A DNA stretch of 64,000 nt, from NCBI GenBank assembly GCA_038087875.1, contig CM075993.1, positions 11,100,001 to 11,164,000 on the forward strand. The letters run 5' to 3'. The notes beneath the pieces are model-generated. The model ran no database searches. It was not told the DNA's origin and was given only the letters and a program-made list of their open reading frames with translations. This document shows, piece after piece, positions 11,135 to 24,457 of this stretch. The position numbers and the translations under genes are program-made. This DNA comes from Malacoraja senta (Eukaryota). The stretch's first letter is position 1; every line of letters begins with the position of its first letter.

Positions 11135-14100
11135 GATATTTTGAAGGCAGAGATAGAGTTAGAGGTTCTGGGCAGAGGGAACAGAATGGGGTCAGGAGGG
11201 AGAGATAGATCAGCCGTGATTGAATGGCGGAGTAGACTTGATGGGCCGCATGACCTAATTCTGCTCCTATTCCTTATGACCTTTTGACCTTATGTCAACT
11301 TTCTCACACAGAGGGTGGTGGGTAAATGGAATGAGCTGCCAGAGGTGGCAGTTGAGGCAGGTATGAGAAACAGCATTTCAGACATTTGGGCAGGTACTTG
11401 GATGGTACCAGTGTTTGGCCTGAGTTGTTACCAATCTGTAAACACGTACAGAATAGGAGTGGATGTGGGGACCAGATGGAATCTTTACAAGTTTGCTGAT
11501 GACACAAAACTGAGTGGGAATGCTAGCAGTGAAAGAAGATGCAAAGATGTTTCAATGAGACCTGGTCAAGTTTGAGCAACACGGTGGTGCAGCTGCCTCA
11601 AAGCTCCAGAAACCTGGGTTCGATCCTGACTACGGGCGCTGTCTGTACAGAGTTTGTACGTTCTCCCCGTGACCACATGGGTTTTCTCCGGATGCTCCGG
11701 TTTCCTCCCACACTCAAAAGGCGTACAGGTTTATATGTTAATTGGCTTTGGTAAAATTGTAAATTGTCTCTAGTGTGTAGGACAGTGTTAGTGTGTGGGG
11801 ATCGCTGGTCGGTGCGGACTTGTTGGGCCGAAGGGCCTGCATCCACACTGTATCTCTAAACTAAATTAAACTAACTGATTGGGCAACATGGCAGATTTGG
11901 TTTGATGAAGTAAAATGTGAGGGTATCTGGGCTGCTCAAATGGCAGAAATGCTGTATGTTTTGTAATCGGTTTACTTTAGAGATGCAGCATGGAAACAGG
12001 CCCTTCAACCCATCAAGTCCATGCCGACCAACAATCCCGGCACACTTACACTATCCTACACACTAGTGATGATTTACAATTTTATCAAAGCCAATTAACC
12101 TACAAACCTGTAAGTTTTTGGAGTGTGGGAGGAAACCGGAGATCTCGAAGAAAACCCACGCAGTTCACACTAGTTCTATGTTATTCCCATTTTCTCATCC
12201 ACTCCCTACACACCAAGGGCAATTTATAGAGGGCCAATTAATCTACAAACCCGCACATCTTTGGAGTGTGGGAGGAAACCGGAGAACCCGGAGAAAACCA
12301 CGTGGTCACAGGTAGAACGTGCAAACTCTGTACAGACAGCACCAGTAGTCAGGATCGAACACGGGTCTCCAGCGCTGTAAGGCAGCAACTCTACCGCTGA
12401 CCGCTGCTCATGTCATTGAGTTTATTCAAATCAGACACTGATTGTTTTGCTGGTGTTGAAGAAATCAAGCAATATTGGGAAGTGCTGGAAAATGAAAGCA
12501 CGGTGGAACAGCGGTAGAGTTGCTGCCTCACAGCGCCAGAGACCAGGGTTCCATCCCGACTACAGGTGCTTGTCTGTACGGAGTTTTACGTTCTCCCCAT
12601 GACCTACGTGGGTTTTCTCCTGGTGCTCCGGTTTCCTCCCACATTCCTAAGACGTACAGGGTTGTAGGTTAATTGGCTTGGTATAATTGTAAATTGTCCC
12701 TAATGTGTGTAGGATAGTGTTAATGTGCGGGGATTGCTGGATGGTGCAGACTTGGTGGGATGAAGGGCCTGTTTCTGCGCTGTATCTCTAAACTAAGCTA
12801 AAACTAAGAGGAGCACCTCTGGTCTTGATGGAGCAGGATCATCACTTCTAATCGTACTGATCCTTTGTTCCACAGGAGTTCTGCACCATTCTCTACAGGG
12901 TTGGATCTCCGAGGTTTATAGGGTGGATGTGGAGAGGATGTTACCTCTTTCCAATGTATTCACACCATTCCTATTGGTGGCAACCTGATTCATTGTTATC
13001 AGGCAACTGAACCATCCGACCACAACCAGAGAGCAGCGCTGAACTACGATCTACCTCTTTGGTGACTTTCGGACTATCCTTGATCAGACTTTGCTGGCTT
13101 TACCTTGCGTTAAACGTTATTCCCTTATCATGTATCGGCGCTGTAAATGGCTCGTGTATTGTTTTTCTGCTGACTGGATAGCATGCAACAAAAGCTTTTC
13201 ACGGTACCTCAGTACACATGACAATGAACTAAACTGAACTCAAGGGGGCGCCGTCCTGTATGGGTATGGCTGCCCAGCCTGCCGCTGTCCGTTTTTTCAC
13301 CTCTTTTTTTTTAATTTTTAATGAGTTAAAGTGTTTTGTTTTTTGAGGTTTAGTCTTTTTTATGTGGGGGGTGCGGGGGGGAGGGGGTAACTGCTTTTCA
13401 GGGTCCCTACCTGGTCGGAGAGGCAGCTTTCTTCCGGGCAGCATCTTCGACCCGTTATCGCGGCCTACCAGCGGGCCTGGAGCGGCGTTTATTGAGGGGA
13501 CCGGCCAGAACCTCGGCTTCGGGGGGCGGCCACGCTGGACCGCCATCGCGGAGCGGGCGATGCCTTGCCCGGGTCGCCGCGCTGAGTCCGCCGATGAAAC
13601 ATCGCGGAGCTGCAGGTCTGTGGAGCGGCCAGTCGCGGGCGGCGGCGTTGAACTTTACATCGGGAGCCTGGGATCTCTCGCCGAGATCACCAGTGGTGGA
13701 GCTCCATCCAGCGCGGCCTGTCGGCTTCGGAGGCCGCGGTCTCCGGTAAGGAAGCGGCCGTTCCAGGCATCCCAAGCCGCTGAGAGGGTTCTCCCGACGC
13801 CGGAGCACCATCACCCGGCGAGAAGGGCCTGGAACACCGGGCCCCGTAGCGGCGACTGTGGAGGCCTCAATAGGCCCGACTATGGGTGGACATGAGGATG
13901 GGGACTGGACTTTGTGCCTTCCCTCATAATGGGGAACCATTGTGGGGGGGTGTTTTTATGTTTAAATTTCTATACTATGGTTATGTTGTATTCTTTTTAA
14001 AGTGCTGCAATGGCAATCTGCATTTCACTACACCAATATGTGACAAATAAAGAACCTTCGAAACTTTGAATGAATTCATGGAGTTTCATGGATGCTGGCC

Positions 14101-14338
14101 CTTCAGCCCAAATTGTCCATGCTGACCATGCCCCATTTGCTTGCTTTTGCTCCATACTCCTCTGAATATTTCCCATCCTTGTACCTGTCCCAAATGTTTT
14201 TACACATTGTCATTTTACCCATCTCTGTCACACCTGTGGCAGGTCATTCTAAATACCCTCCACCTTCTGTGTGAAAATGTTACCCCTCAAATTCCTTTTA
14301 AATCTTCTTCCTTTCATCTTAAACCTAAGATGAAGGGT
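11135..14338 (+). repeat. Copy 1 of a ~3.2 kb direct near-duplicate
   Basis: Colinear with 14539-18280 from GATATTTTGAAGGCAGAG to CCTAAGATGAA. Confidence 0.95.
13243..14070 (+). mobile_element. CpG-rich non-autonomous retroposon (~830 bp)
   Basis: Candidate TSD TGAACTCA 13235-13242 / TGAATTCA 14071-14078; hairpin at 13921-13950; TGACAAATAAA end; second copy near 17194-18015. Confidence 0.6.
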
Positions 14339-14538
14339 NNNNNNNNNNNNNNNNNNNNNNNNNNNNNNNNNNNNNNNNNNNNNNNNNNNNNNNNNNNNNN
14401 NNNNNNNNNNNNNNNNNNNNNNNNNNNNNNNNNNNNNNNNNNNNNNNNNNNNNNNNNNNNNNNNNNNNNNNNNNNNNNNNNNNNNNNNNNNNNNNNNNNN
14501 NNNNNNNNNNNNNNNNNNNNNNNNNNNNNNNNNNNNNN
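14339..14538. other. Assembly gap (200 N)
   Basis: Run of N. Confidence 1.
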
Positions 14539-17500
14539 GATATTTTGAAGGCAGAGATAGAGTTAGAGGTTCTGGGCAGAGGGAAACAGAATGGGGTCAG
14601 GAGGGAGAGATAGATCAGCCGTGATTGAATGGCGGAGTAGACTTGATGGGCCGCATGACCTAATTCTGCTCCTATTCTTATGACCTTTTGACCTTATGTC
14701 AACTTTCTCCACACAGAGGGTGGTGGGTAAATGGAATGAGCTGCCAGAGGCGGCAGTTGAGGCAGGTATGAGAAACAGCATTTCAGACATTTGGGCAGGT
14801 ACTTGGATGGTACCAGTGTTTGGCCTGAGTTGTTACCAATCTGTAAACACGTACAGAATAGGAGTGGATGTGAGACCAGATGGAATCTTTACAAGTTTGC
14901 TGATGACACAAAACTGAGTGGGAATGCTAGCGGTGAAAGAAGATGCAAAGATGTTTCAAAGAGACCTGGTCAAGTTTGAGCAACACGGTGGTGCAGCTGC
15001 CTCAAAGCTCCAGAAACCTGGGTTCGATCCTGACTACTGGGCGCTGTCTGTACAGAGTTTGTACGTTCTCCCCGTGACCACATGGGTTTCTCCGGATACT
15101 CCGGTTTCCTCCCACACTCAAAAGGCGTACAGGTTTATATGTTAATTGGCTTTGGTAAAATTGTAAATTGTCACTAGTGTGTAGGACAGGGTTAGTGTGT
15201 GGGGATCGCTGGTCGGTGCGGACTTGTTGGGCCGAAGGGCCTGCATCCACACTGTATCTCTTAAACTAAACTAAACTAACTGATTGGGCAACATGTCAGA
15301 TATGGTTTGATGAAGTAAAATGTGAGGGTATCTGGGCTGCTCAAATGGCAGAAATGCTGTATGTTTTTTAATCGTTTACTTTAGAGATGCAGCATGGAAA
15401 CAGGCCCTTCAACCCATCAAGTCCATGCCGACCAACAATCCCCGCACACTTACACTATCCTACACACTAGTGATGATTTACAATTTTATCAAAGCCAATT
15501 AACCTACAAACCTGTAAGTCTTTGGAGTGTGGAAGGAAACCGGAGATCTCGAAGAAACCCACGCAGTTCACACTAGTTCTATGTTATTCCCATTTCTCAT
15601 CCACTCCCTACACACCAAGGGCAATTTATAGAGGGCCAATTATCTACAAACCCGCACATCTTTGGAGTGTGGGAGGAAACCGGAGAACCCGGAGAAACCA
15701 CGTGGTCACAGGTAGAACGTGCAAACTCTGTACAGACAGCACCAGTAGTCAGGATCGAACCTGGGTCTCTAGCGCTTTAAGGCAGCAACTCTACCGCTGA
15801 CCGCTGCTCATGTCATTGAGTTAATTCAAATCAGACACTGATTGATTTGCTGGTGTTGAAGAATCAAGCAATATTGGGAAGTGCTGGAAAGTGAAAGCAC
15901 GGTGGGAACAGCGGTAGAGTTGCTGCCTCACAGCGCCAGAGACCAGGGTTCCATCCCGACTACAGGTGCTGTCTGTACAGAGTTTTTACCTTCACCCCGT
16001 GACCTGCGTGGGTTTCTCCTGGTGCTCCGGTTTCCTCCCACACTCCTAAGACATAGAAACATAGAAACATAGAAAATAGGTGCAGGAGGAGGCCATTCGG
16101 CCCTTCGAGCCAGCACCACCATTCATTGTGATCATGGCTGATCGTCCCCTATCAATAACCCGTGCCTGCCTTCTCCCCATATCCCTTGACTCCACTAGCC
16201 CCTAGAGCTCTATCTAACTCTCTCTTAAATCCATCCAGTGACTTGGCCTCCACTGCCCTCTGTGGCAGGGAATTCCATAAATTCACAACTCTCTTGGTGA
16301 AAAAGTTTATTCTCACCTCAGTCTTAAATGACCTCCCCTTTAAGAGCTCTCTTTAAGAGTCTATCTAACTCTCTCTTGAAATAATCCAGTGAATTGGCCT
16401 CCATTGCCTTCTGTGGCAGAGAAATCCACGGATTCACAACTGACTGAGATGTGAAAAGTTTTTCTTCATCTCAGTCCTAATAGCCTACCCCTTATTCTTA
16501 AACTGTGTGACCCCTGCTTCTGGACTCCCCCAACACCGGGAATATTTTTTCTGCAACTACCTTTTCTAATCCTAAGGATTTTATATGTTTCCCTAAGATC
16601 CTAAGACGTACAGGGTTGTAGGTTAATTGGCTTGGTATAATTGTGAATGTCCCTAATGTGTGTAGGATAGTGTTAATGTGCGGGGATTGCTGGATGGTGC
16701 AGACTTGGTGGGATGAAGGGCCTGTTTCTGCGCTGTATCTCTAAACTAAGCTAAAACTAAGAGGAGCACCTCTGGTCTTGATGGAGCAGGATCATCACTT
16801 CTAATCGTAATGATCCTTTGTTCCACAGGAGTTCTGCACCATTGTCTACAGGGCTGGATCTCCGACGTTTATATGGTGGGATGTGGAGAGGATGTTACCT
16901 CTTTCCAATGTATTCACACATTCCTATTGGTGGCAACCTGATTCATTGTTATCAGGCAACTGAACCATCCGACCACAACCAGAGAGCAGCGCTGAACTAC
17001 TATCTACCTCTTTGGTGACTCTCGGACTATCCTTGATCGGACTTTGCTGGCTTTACCTTGCGTTAAACGTTATTCCCTTATCATGTATCGGCACTGTAAA
17101 TGGCTCGTGTATTGTCTTTCTGCTGACTGGATAGCGTGCAACAAAGCTTTTCGCGGTAACTCGGTACACATGACAATGAACTAAACTGAACTCAAGGGGG
17201 CGCCGTCCTGTATGGGTATGGCTGCCCAGCCTGCCGCTGTCCGTTTTTCACCTCTTTTTTTTTAATTTTTAATGAGTTAAGTGTTTTGTTTTTTGAGGTT
17301 TAGTCTTTTTTATGTTGGGGGGTGCGGGGGGGAGGGGGTAACTGCTTTCAGGGTCCCTACCTGGTCGGAGAGCAGCTTTCTTCCGGGCAGCATCTTCGAC
17401 CCGTTATCGCGGCCTACCAGCGGGCCTGGAGCGGCGTTTATTGAGGGGACCGGCCAGAACCTCGGCTTCGGGGGCGGCCACGCTGGACCCGCCATCGCGG

Positions 17501-18280
17501 AGCGGGCGATGCCTTGCCCGGGTCGCCGCGCTGAGTCCGCCGATGAGAACATCGTGGAGCTGCGGGTCTGTGGAGCGGCCAGTCGCGGGCGGCGGCGTGA
17601 ACTTTACATCGGGAGCCTGGGATCTCTCGCCGAGATCACAGTGGTGGAGCTCCATCCAGCGCGGCCTGTCGGCTTCGGAGGCCGCGGTCTCCGGTAAGGA
17701 AGCGGCCGTTTCCAGGCATCCCAAGCCGCTGAGAGGTTCTCCCGACGCCGGAGCACCATCACCCGGCGAGAAGGGCCTGGAACACCGGGCCCCGTAGCGG
17801 CGACTGTGGAGGCCTCATAGCCCGACTATGGGTGACATGAGGATGGGGACTGGACTTTGTGCCTTCCCTCATAATGGGGAACCATTGTGGGGGGTGTTTT
17901 ATTATGTTTAAATTTCTATACTATGGTTATGTTGTATTATTTTTAAAGTGCTGCAATGGCAATCTGCATTTCCTACACCAATATGTGACAAATAAAGAAC
18001 CTTCGAAACTTTGAATGAATTCATGGAGTTTCATGGATGCTGGCCCTTCAGCCCAAATTGTCCATGCTGACCATGCCCCATTTGCTTGCTTTTGCTCCAT
18101 ACTCCTCTGAATATTTCCCATCCTTGTACCTGTCCCAAATGTTTTTACACATTATCATTTTACCCATCTCTGTCACACCTGTGGCAGGTCATTCTAAATA
18201 CCCTCCACCTTCTGTGTGAAAAAAGCCCCTCAAATTCCTTTTAAATCTTCTTCCTTTCATCTTAACCTAAGATGAAAGGT
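14539..18280 (+). repeat. Copy 2 of the near-duplicate, with an extra CR1 insertion
   Basis: Colinear with 11135-14338 apart from SNPs, small indels and 16053-16598. Confidence 0.95.
16053..16598 (-). mobile_element. CR1 3' insertion present only in copy 2
   Basis: TSD TCCTAAGAC at 16044-16052/16599-16607; (CATAGAAA)n tail; empty site near 12645-12653. Confidence 0.9.
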
Positions 18281-19440
18281 TGTTTCATCTTTCTTTCTTG
18301 TTTTTAGACAAGAAAAAACTCTTGTTTTAGACTCCCCTCTGCTGGGGAAAAGTGTGTAACTATCTGCCCTAAAAGCCTCTCGTGATTTTATAAACCTCTA
18401 TAATGTAACCTCTTGTCTTCCTTCATTCCAGGAAAAACAATCCAAGCTTATCCAGTCTCTCATAGAAACATAGAAACATAGAAAATAGTAGCAGGAGGAG
18501 GCTATTCGCCTTCGTGCCAGCACCGCCATTCATTGCGATCATAGCTGATCGTCCCAATCAATAACCCGTGCCTGCCTTCTCCCCATATCCCTTGACTCCA
18601 CTAGCCCCTAGAGCTCTATCTAACTCTCTCTTAAATCATCCAGTGACTTGGCCTCAACTGCCCTCTGTGGCAGGGAATTCCACAAATTCCACAAATTCAT
18701 AACTCTCTGGGTGAAAAAGGTTTTTCTCACCTCAGTCTTAAATGGCCTCCCCTTTATTCTAAGAACTCTCCTCATAACTCAAGCCCTCCTGTCCTGGTAT
18801 CATATATTTAGTTTAGTTCAGTTTTACTTTAGAGATAAACGCGGCCCACCGAGCCCGCTCCGACCAGTAACACAGATCCCCGCACACTGACATTATCCTA
18901 CACACACAAGGACAATTTTACATCATACCGAGGCCTTTGAGTGTGGGAGGAAACCGGAGATCTCGGAAAAACCCCACGCGGGTCACGGGGAGAACATACA
19001 AACTCTGTACAGACAGCACCCGTAGTCGGGATCGAACCTGGGTCCCTGGTGCTGTAAGCTGCAGCAGGCAGCAACTCGACCGCTGCATCACCTTTTTGAT
19101 CCCTTTCTTCCACCCTCTCTAGATTAATCACCCTTTACCTATACCATGTTGACCTGAACTACCACACAATGGTCCAAATACAGTCTAACCCAACAATCGA
19201 ACATAGTAACACAGTATAGCACAGGAACGGGCCCTTTGGCCCACAACGTTTGTGCCGAACATGATGCCAAGTTAACCTGATCTCATCTGCCTGTACATGA
19301 TCCCTATCCCTCATTCCCTGGACTTCCATGTGCCTATCTAAAAGCCTCTTAAATGCCACTATCGTATATGCCACCACCACCACCCCTGGCCACGCGTTCT
19401 AGGCTCCCACCACTCTAGATGTAACAGTGAAGACAGAGGT

Positions 19441-19740
19441 GGTCACGGTGGCACAGCAGTAGAGCTGCTGCCTTACAGCGACAGAGACCCGGGTTCGATC
19501 CTGACTACAGGTCTTTGGCTGTACGGAGTTGTGATCTGTGGGTTTTCTCCGAGATCTTCTATTTCTCCCGGACTGCACAGATGTACAGGCTGTATGCTAT
19601 TTGGCTTGGAATAGGATGTAAAAATGATCCCTAGTGCATGTGGGCTAGTGTTAATGTGTGGGGATCGCGGGTCGGCACGGACTCGAGCACCGAAGGGCCT
19701 GTTTCCATGCTGTATCACTAAACTAAACCAAACTAAACAA
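19441..19740 (+). mobile_element. HE1-type SINE
   Basis: A box TGGCACAGCAG, B box GTTCGATCC, (TAAAC)n tail. Confidence 0.8.
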
Positions 19741-20435
19741 GTCTGCCAAGTGCCTACTTCACCACCTAGTTTCCATGGTTTACCACTTCCAGGGAACTGA
19801 GAACTTGTACCCTGAGGTTTCTTTGGCCTACAACCTCTCTCCAGGATCCTGCCATTCTCTGTGCAAGACCAACCCTGGTTTAACTTCCCAAAATGCATCA
19901 CTTTACTCTTTTCCCAAGTTAAATTCCATCTGCCATGGCCTTGCCCGCTTTCTCAGTTAGCCAGATTTAGTTTAGTTTTAGTTTAGAGATACAGCACGGA
20001 AACAGGCCCTTCTGCCCACCGAGTCTGCACCGACCTGCACACTAACACTATCCTACACACACTAGGGACATTTACAATTATACCGCCAAATTAACCTCCA
20101 ACCTTGTACGTCTCAGGGAGTGTGGGAGGAAACTGGAGCACCAGGAGAAAACCCACGTAGGTCACGGTGAGAACGAAAACAGGCCCCTTTCTGCCCACCG
20201 AGTCCCCACCGACCAGCGATCCCCGCACACTAACACTATCCTACACACACGAGGGGACAATTTTCATTCATACCAACCCAATGACCCTACAAACCTACAC
20301 GTCTTTAGGAGTGTGGGAGGAAACCAAAGATCTCCTGAGAAAGCCAACGTGGTTATGTGGAGAAGGTACAAACTCCGTACAGACAGCGCCCGTAGTCGGG
20401 ATCGAACCCGTGTCTCCGGTGCTGCAAGCGTGTAA

Positions 20436-20672
20436 AGGGCTTGTCCCACTTTCACGACCTAATTCACGACTTTTTTACTCGTGGACATTTTTCATCAGGC
20501 TAGAAAAAAGCTCCGACCTACTTGATGCCACGAGTACCTACGACTAGCATCACGACCTGCTACGACCTACCTACGACCTCATACGACCTCGTGACGACCT
20601 TGCTGCGAGTATGAGTCAAGGGCCAAACTCGGCAGAGGTCGTGAATTAGGTCGTGAAAGTGGGACCGGCCTT
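20436..20672. mobile_element. PIF/Harbinger-type MITE inserted in a SINE
   Basis: ~34-bp TIR AGGGCTTGTCCCACTTTCACGACCTAATTCACGAC; TAA TSD at 20433-35/20673-75; internal ACGACCT repeats. Confidence 0.8.
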
Positions 20673-22190
20673 TAAGGCAGCAACTCTACCGCAGTGCCAC
20701 TGTGCCGCCCCTGATCCATATCCCTCCCATTCCCTGCTCTTCCATATGCCCGTCCAAAAGCTTCAACTACACTATCGTATCTGCCTCCACCACCACCCCT
20801 GGCAGTACGTTCCAGGCCCACGCCACTCTCCGCGTAAAAACTTGCATCTCCGTGAAAGTTTGCCCCTCTCACTTTGAAGCCTTTGCCATTTCCACCCTGG
20901 GAAAAAGAACTGTGTGTCTTTCCTCTCTCTTCCTCTCATAATTTAATATTCTTCCTATCAGGTCTCCCCTCAACCTCCGACGGTCTGGAGAAAACATTCC
21001 AATTTTGTGCTACCTCTCCTTGCAGCTAATGTCCTCTATTCCAGGCAACATTCTGGTATACCCCTTCTGCACCTCTCCATGATGTTAGAAAGCTCGATAA
21101 GATCACCCCTCAGCCTCTTAAGCTTCAACGAAAAATGTCTTAGTTTATCCAGCCTCTCCTTACAACTCAACCCCTTCAGTCATGGTAACATTGCACTAAA
21201 CGCTATCCCCTTATCATGTCACAGAGTCATAGAGTGATACAGTGTGGAAACAGGCCATTCGGCCCAACTTGCCCACACCGGCCAACATGTCCCAGCTACA
21301 CTAGTCCCACCTGCCTACGCTTGGTCCATATCCTCCAAACTTGTCCTATCCATGTACCTGTCTAACTGTTTCTTAACTACCTCAACTACCTCCTCTGGCA
21401 GCTTGTTCCATACACCCACCACACTTTGTGTGAAAAAGCTACCCCTCAGATTCTATTAAATCTTTTCCCCTTCATCTCAAACCTATGTCCTCTGGTGCTC
21501 GATTCCCCTACTCTGGGCAAGAGACTCTGTGCATCTACCCGATCTATTCCTCTCATGATTTTATAAACCTCTATAAGATCTCCCCTGTACACTATAGTGT
21601 ATCTGTACACTATAAGTGGCTCGACTGTAATCATGTATTGTCTTTCCACTGACGTTGGCCCGCAACAGAAGCTTTTCACTTTACATTTGGATCACGTGAG
21701 AAATAAACTAAGCTGTAAATGTAAATGTTGTTTTGTATTCTTTCTTGCTAAATGGCTTCCTTCCTCTAACTGGTGGCTGGATCTATACTCCAAATGTAAC
21801 CTTATCAACATCTTCTACATGCCTTTGCAAGTCAAGTACTCAACACCCACGGCTAATGAAGGTGTCAAACTGCTTCAGCACCAACCTGTCCACCTCAAAT
21901 GTGATAGGAGCAGAATTAGGCCATTCGGCCCATCAAGTCTACTCCACCATTCAATCATGGCTGATCTATCTCTCCCTACTAACCCCAATCTCCTGCCTTC
22001 TCCCCTATCACCCGTACTAATCAAGAATCTATCTATGTGTATGAAAGAACTGCAGATGCTGGTTTAAATCAAAGATCCTGTAGACACAAAATGCTGGAGT
22101 AACAGGTAGCATCTCTGGAGAGAAGGAATCTATCCATCTCTGCCTCCACAGCCTTTTGTGGCAAAGGATTCCACAGATTCACAACCCTCT

Positions 22191-24457
22191 TTTCTTTTAA
22201 AATCTTTTTATTAATTTTTCAAAAACAAAAAAAATAAAAATAATGAATAAACATAACAGTGATATTGATACAATAGATAATAGACAATAGGTGCAGGAGT
22301 AAGCCATTCGGCCCTTCGAGCCAGCACCGCCATTCAATGTGAGCATGGCTGATCATCCCCAATCAGTACCCCGTTCCTGCCTTCTCCCCATATCCCCTGA
22401 CCCAGCTATTTTTAAGAGCCTTATCTAGCTCTCTCTTGAATGTATCCAGAGAACCTGCCTCCACCGCCCTCTGAGGCAGAGAATTCCACAGACTCACCAC
22501 TCTCTGTGAGAAAACGTTTCCTCGTCTCCGTTCTAAATGGCTTACTCCTTATTCTTAAACTGTGGCCCCTGGTTCTGGACTCCCCCAACATCGGGAACAT
22601 GTTTCCTGCCTCTAGTGTGTCCAAGCCCTTAACAATCTTATATGTTTCAATGAGATATCCTCTCATCCTTCTAAATTCCAGAGTGTACAAGCCCAGCTGC
22701 TCCATTCTCTCAGCATATGACAGTCCCGCCATCCCGGGAATTAACCTTGTAAACCTACGCTGCACTCCCTCAATAGCAAGAATGTCCTTCCTCAAATTAG
22801 GGGACCAAAACTGCACGCAATACTCCAGGTGTGGTCTCACTAGGGCTCTGTACAACTGCAGAAGGACCTCTTTGCTCCTATACTCGATTCCTCTTGTTAT
22901 AAAGGCCAACATGCCATTCGCTTTCTTCACTGCCTGCTGTACCTGCATGCTTACTTTCATAGACTGATGTACAAGGACCCCCAGATCCCGTTGTACTTCC
23001 CCTTTTCCCAACTTGACGCCATTTAGATAGTAATCTGCCTTCCTGTTTTAGCTACCAAAGTGGATAACCTCACATTTATCCGCATTAAACTTCACCTGCC
23101 ATGCATCTGCCCACTCCCCCAACCTGTCCAAGTCACCCTGCATTCTCATAGCATCCTCCTCACAGTTCACACTGCCACCCAGCTTTGTGTCATCTGCAAA
23201 TTTGCTAATGTTACTTTGAATCCCTTCATCCAAATCATTGATGTATATTGTAAATAGCTGCGGTCCCAGCTACCCCACTAGTCACTGCCTGCCATTCTGA
23301 AAGGGACCCGTTAATCCCTACTCTTTGTTTCCTGTCTGCCAACCATTTCTCTATCCATGTCAGCACTCTACCCCCAATACCATGTGCCCTAATTTTGCCC
23401 ACTAATCTCCTATGTGGGACCCTATCAAATGTTTTCTGAAAGCCCACTAGCTCTCCCTTGTCCATTTTCCTAGTTACATCCTCAAAAAATTCCAGAAGAT
23501 TAGTCAACCATGATTTCCCCTTCGTAAATCCATGCTGACTCGGACCGATCCTGTTTCTGCTATCCAAATGTTCGGCTATCTCATCTTTCATAATTGACTC
23601 CAGCATCTTCCCCACCACCGATGTCAGGCTAACTGGTCTATAATACCCATTTCTCTCTCCCGACATTTTTAAAAAGTGGGATAACATTAGCTATCCTCCA
23701 ATCCACAGGAACTGATCCTAAAAGTCTATAGAACATTGGAAAATTTGGAAAATTATCACCAATGCATCCACGATTTCTAGAGCCACTTCCTTAAGGATAC
23801 ATAGGGATCCAGGATTACATTAACAACAAGTGTAACCTAAGTATGAATCCAGGATCAAAATACACATTGGGTATAGACCTCCCATATGTAAATATAATTA
23901 AATGTTTAAAAGAGATCTTGTACATATAAAAGCAAAAATTAAAAAATTAAAAAAGAGAGAAAACCAAAACTCCCTAAACTAAAATAAGCAAAACAAGAAA
24001 AAAAAACAGAATCTGGGCTGCAAAGTGTTTCAACAATTTAGATCCCTTTGTCGTCAAGGCAGTTCCACCGTATAAAGGTGAGAGAATTATTATAACGGTT
24101 GGAGAGAGAACAATTTATGTCGTGTGAAAATATTGAATAAATTTTCCACAAGTCCTATCAAATTTAACCAAGGGTTCAACAATGTCACTCCTAATTTTTT
24201 CTAAATTTAAACATGATATCGTTTCAGAGTACCAATGGAGGGTGGTCAGAGGGTTGGAGTCTTTCCATTTAAATAAAATAGATCTTCTGCCGATTAATGT
24301 GGTAAAAGCAATCAGCCGATGGGCCGAACGGGACAAATGAATAGAATCTAACATTGGTAGCCCAAAAATTGCAGTAATAGGATGAGGTTGTAGATCAATA
24401 CCTAAAACTACAGAAATAGTATCAAAAATGTATTTCCAATATTTTTCCAAAAGTGGG
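22191..24457 (-). mobile_element. L1-clade LINE 3' end (ORF2 C-terminus, 3' UTR, A-tail) inserted in a CR1 tail
   Basis: ORF 24115..24450 (..TAIFG..RRSILFKWK..LNLEKI..) resembles a fish-type L1 ORF2 end; TSD CAACCCTCT at 22182-90/24458-66. Confidence 0.75.
22273..23795 (-). mobile_element. CR1 LINE, 5'-truncated, with RT domain, inserted in the L1 3' UTR
   Basis: YRPVSLTSVVGK, SQHGF, KFADDTKL and LVRPHLEYCVQFW motifs with deletions; TSD GATACA at 22267-72/23796-801. Confidence 0.9.

Noticed and set aside
13229..13940. Overlapping Arg/Pro/Gly-rich ORFs and an apparent CpG-island promoter
   Set aside because: Expected from high GC; frames differ between the two copies; bounded as an insertion rather than a host promoter
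11135..18280. True biological tandem duplication
   Set aside because: Not excluded, but breakpoints coinciding with the gap and homopolymer indels favour an assembly overlap of two haplotypes
20500..20600. Short repeated ACGACCT units resembling a CRISPR-like array
   Set aside because: Irregular 5-7-bp words inside a MITE; no repeat-spacer structure; eukaryotic context
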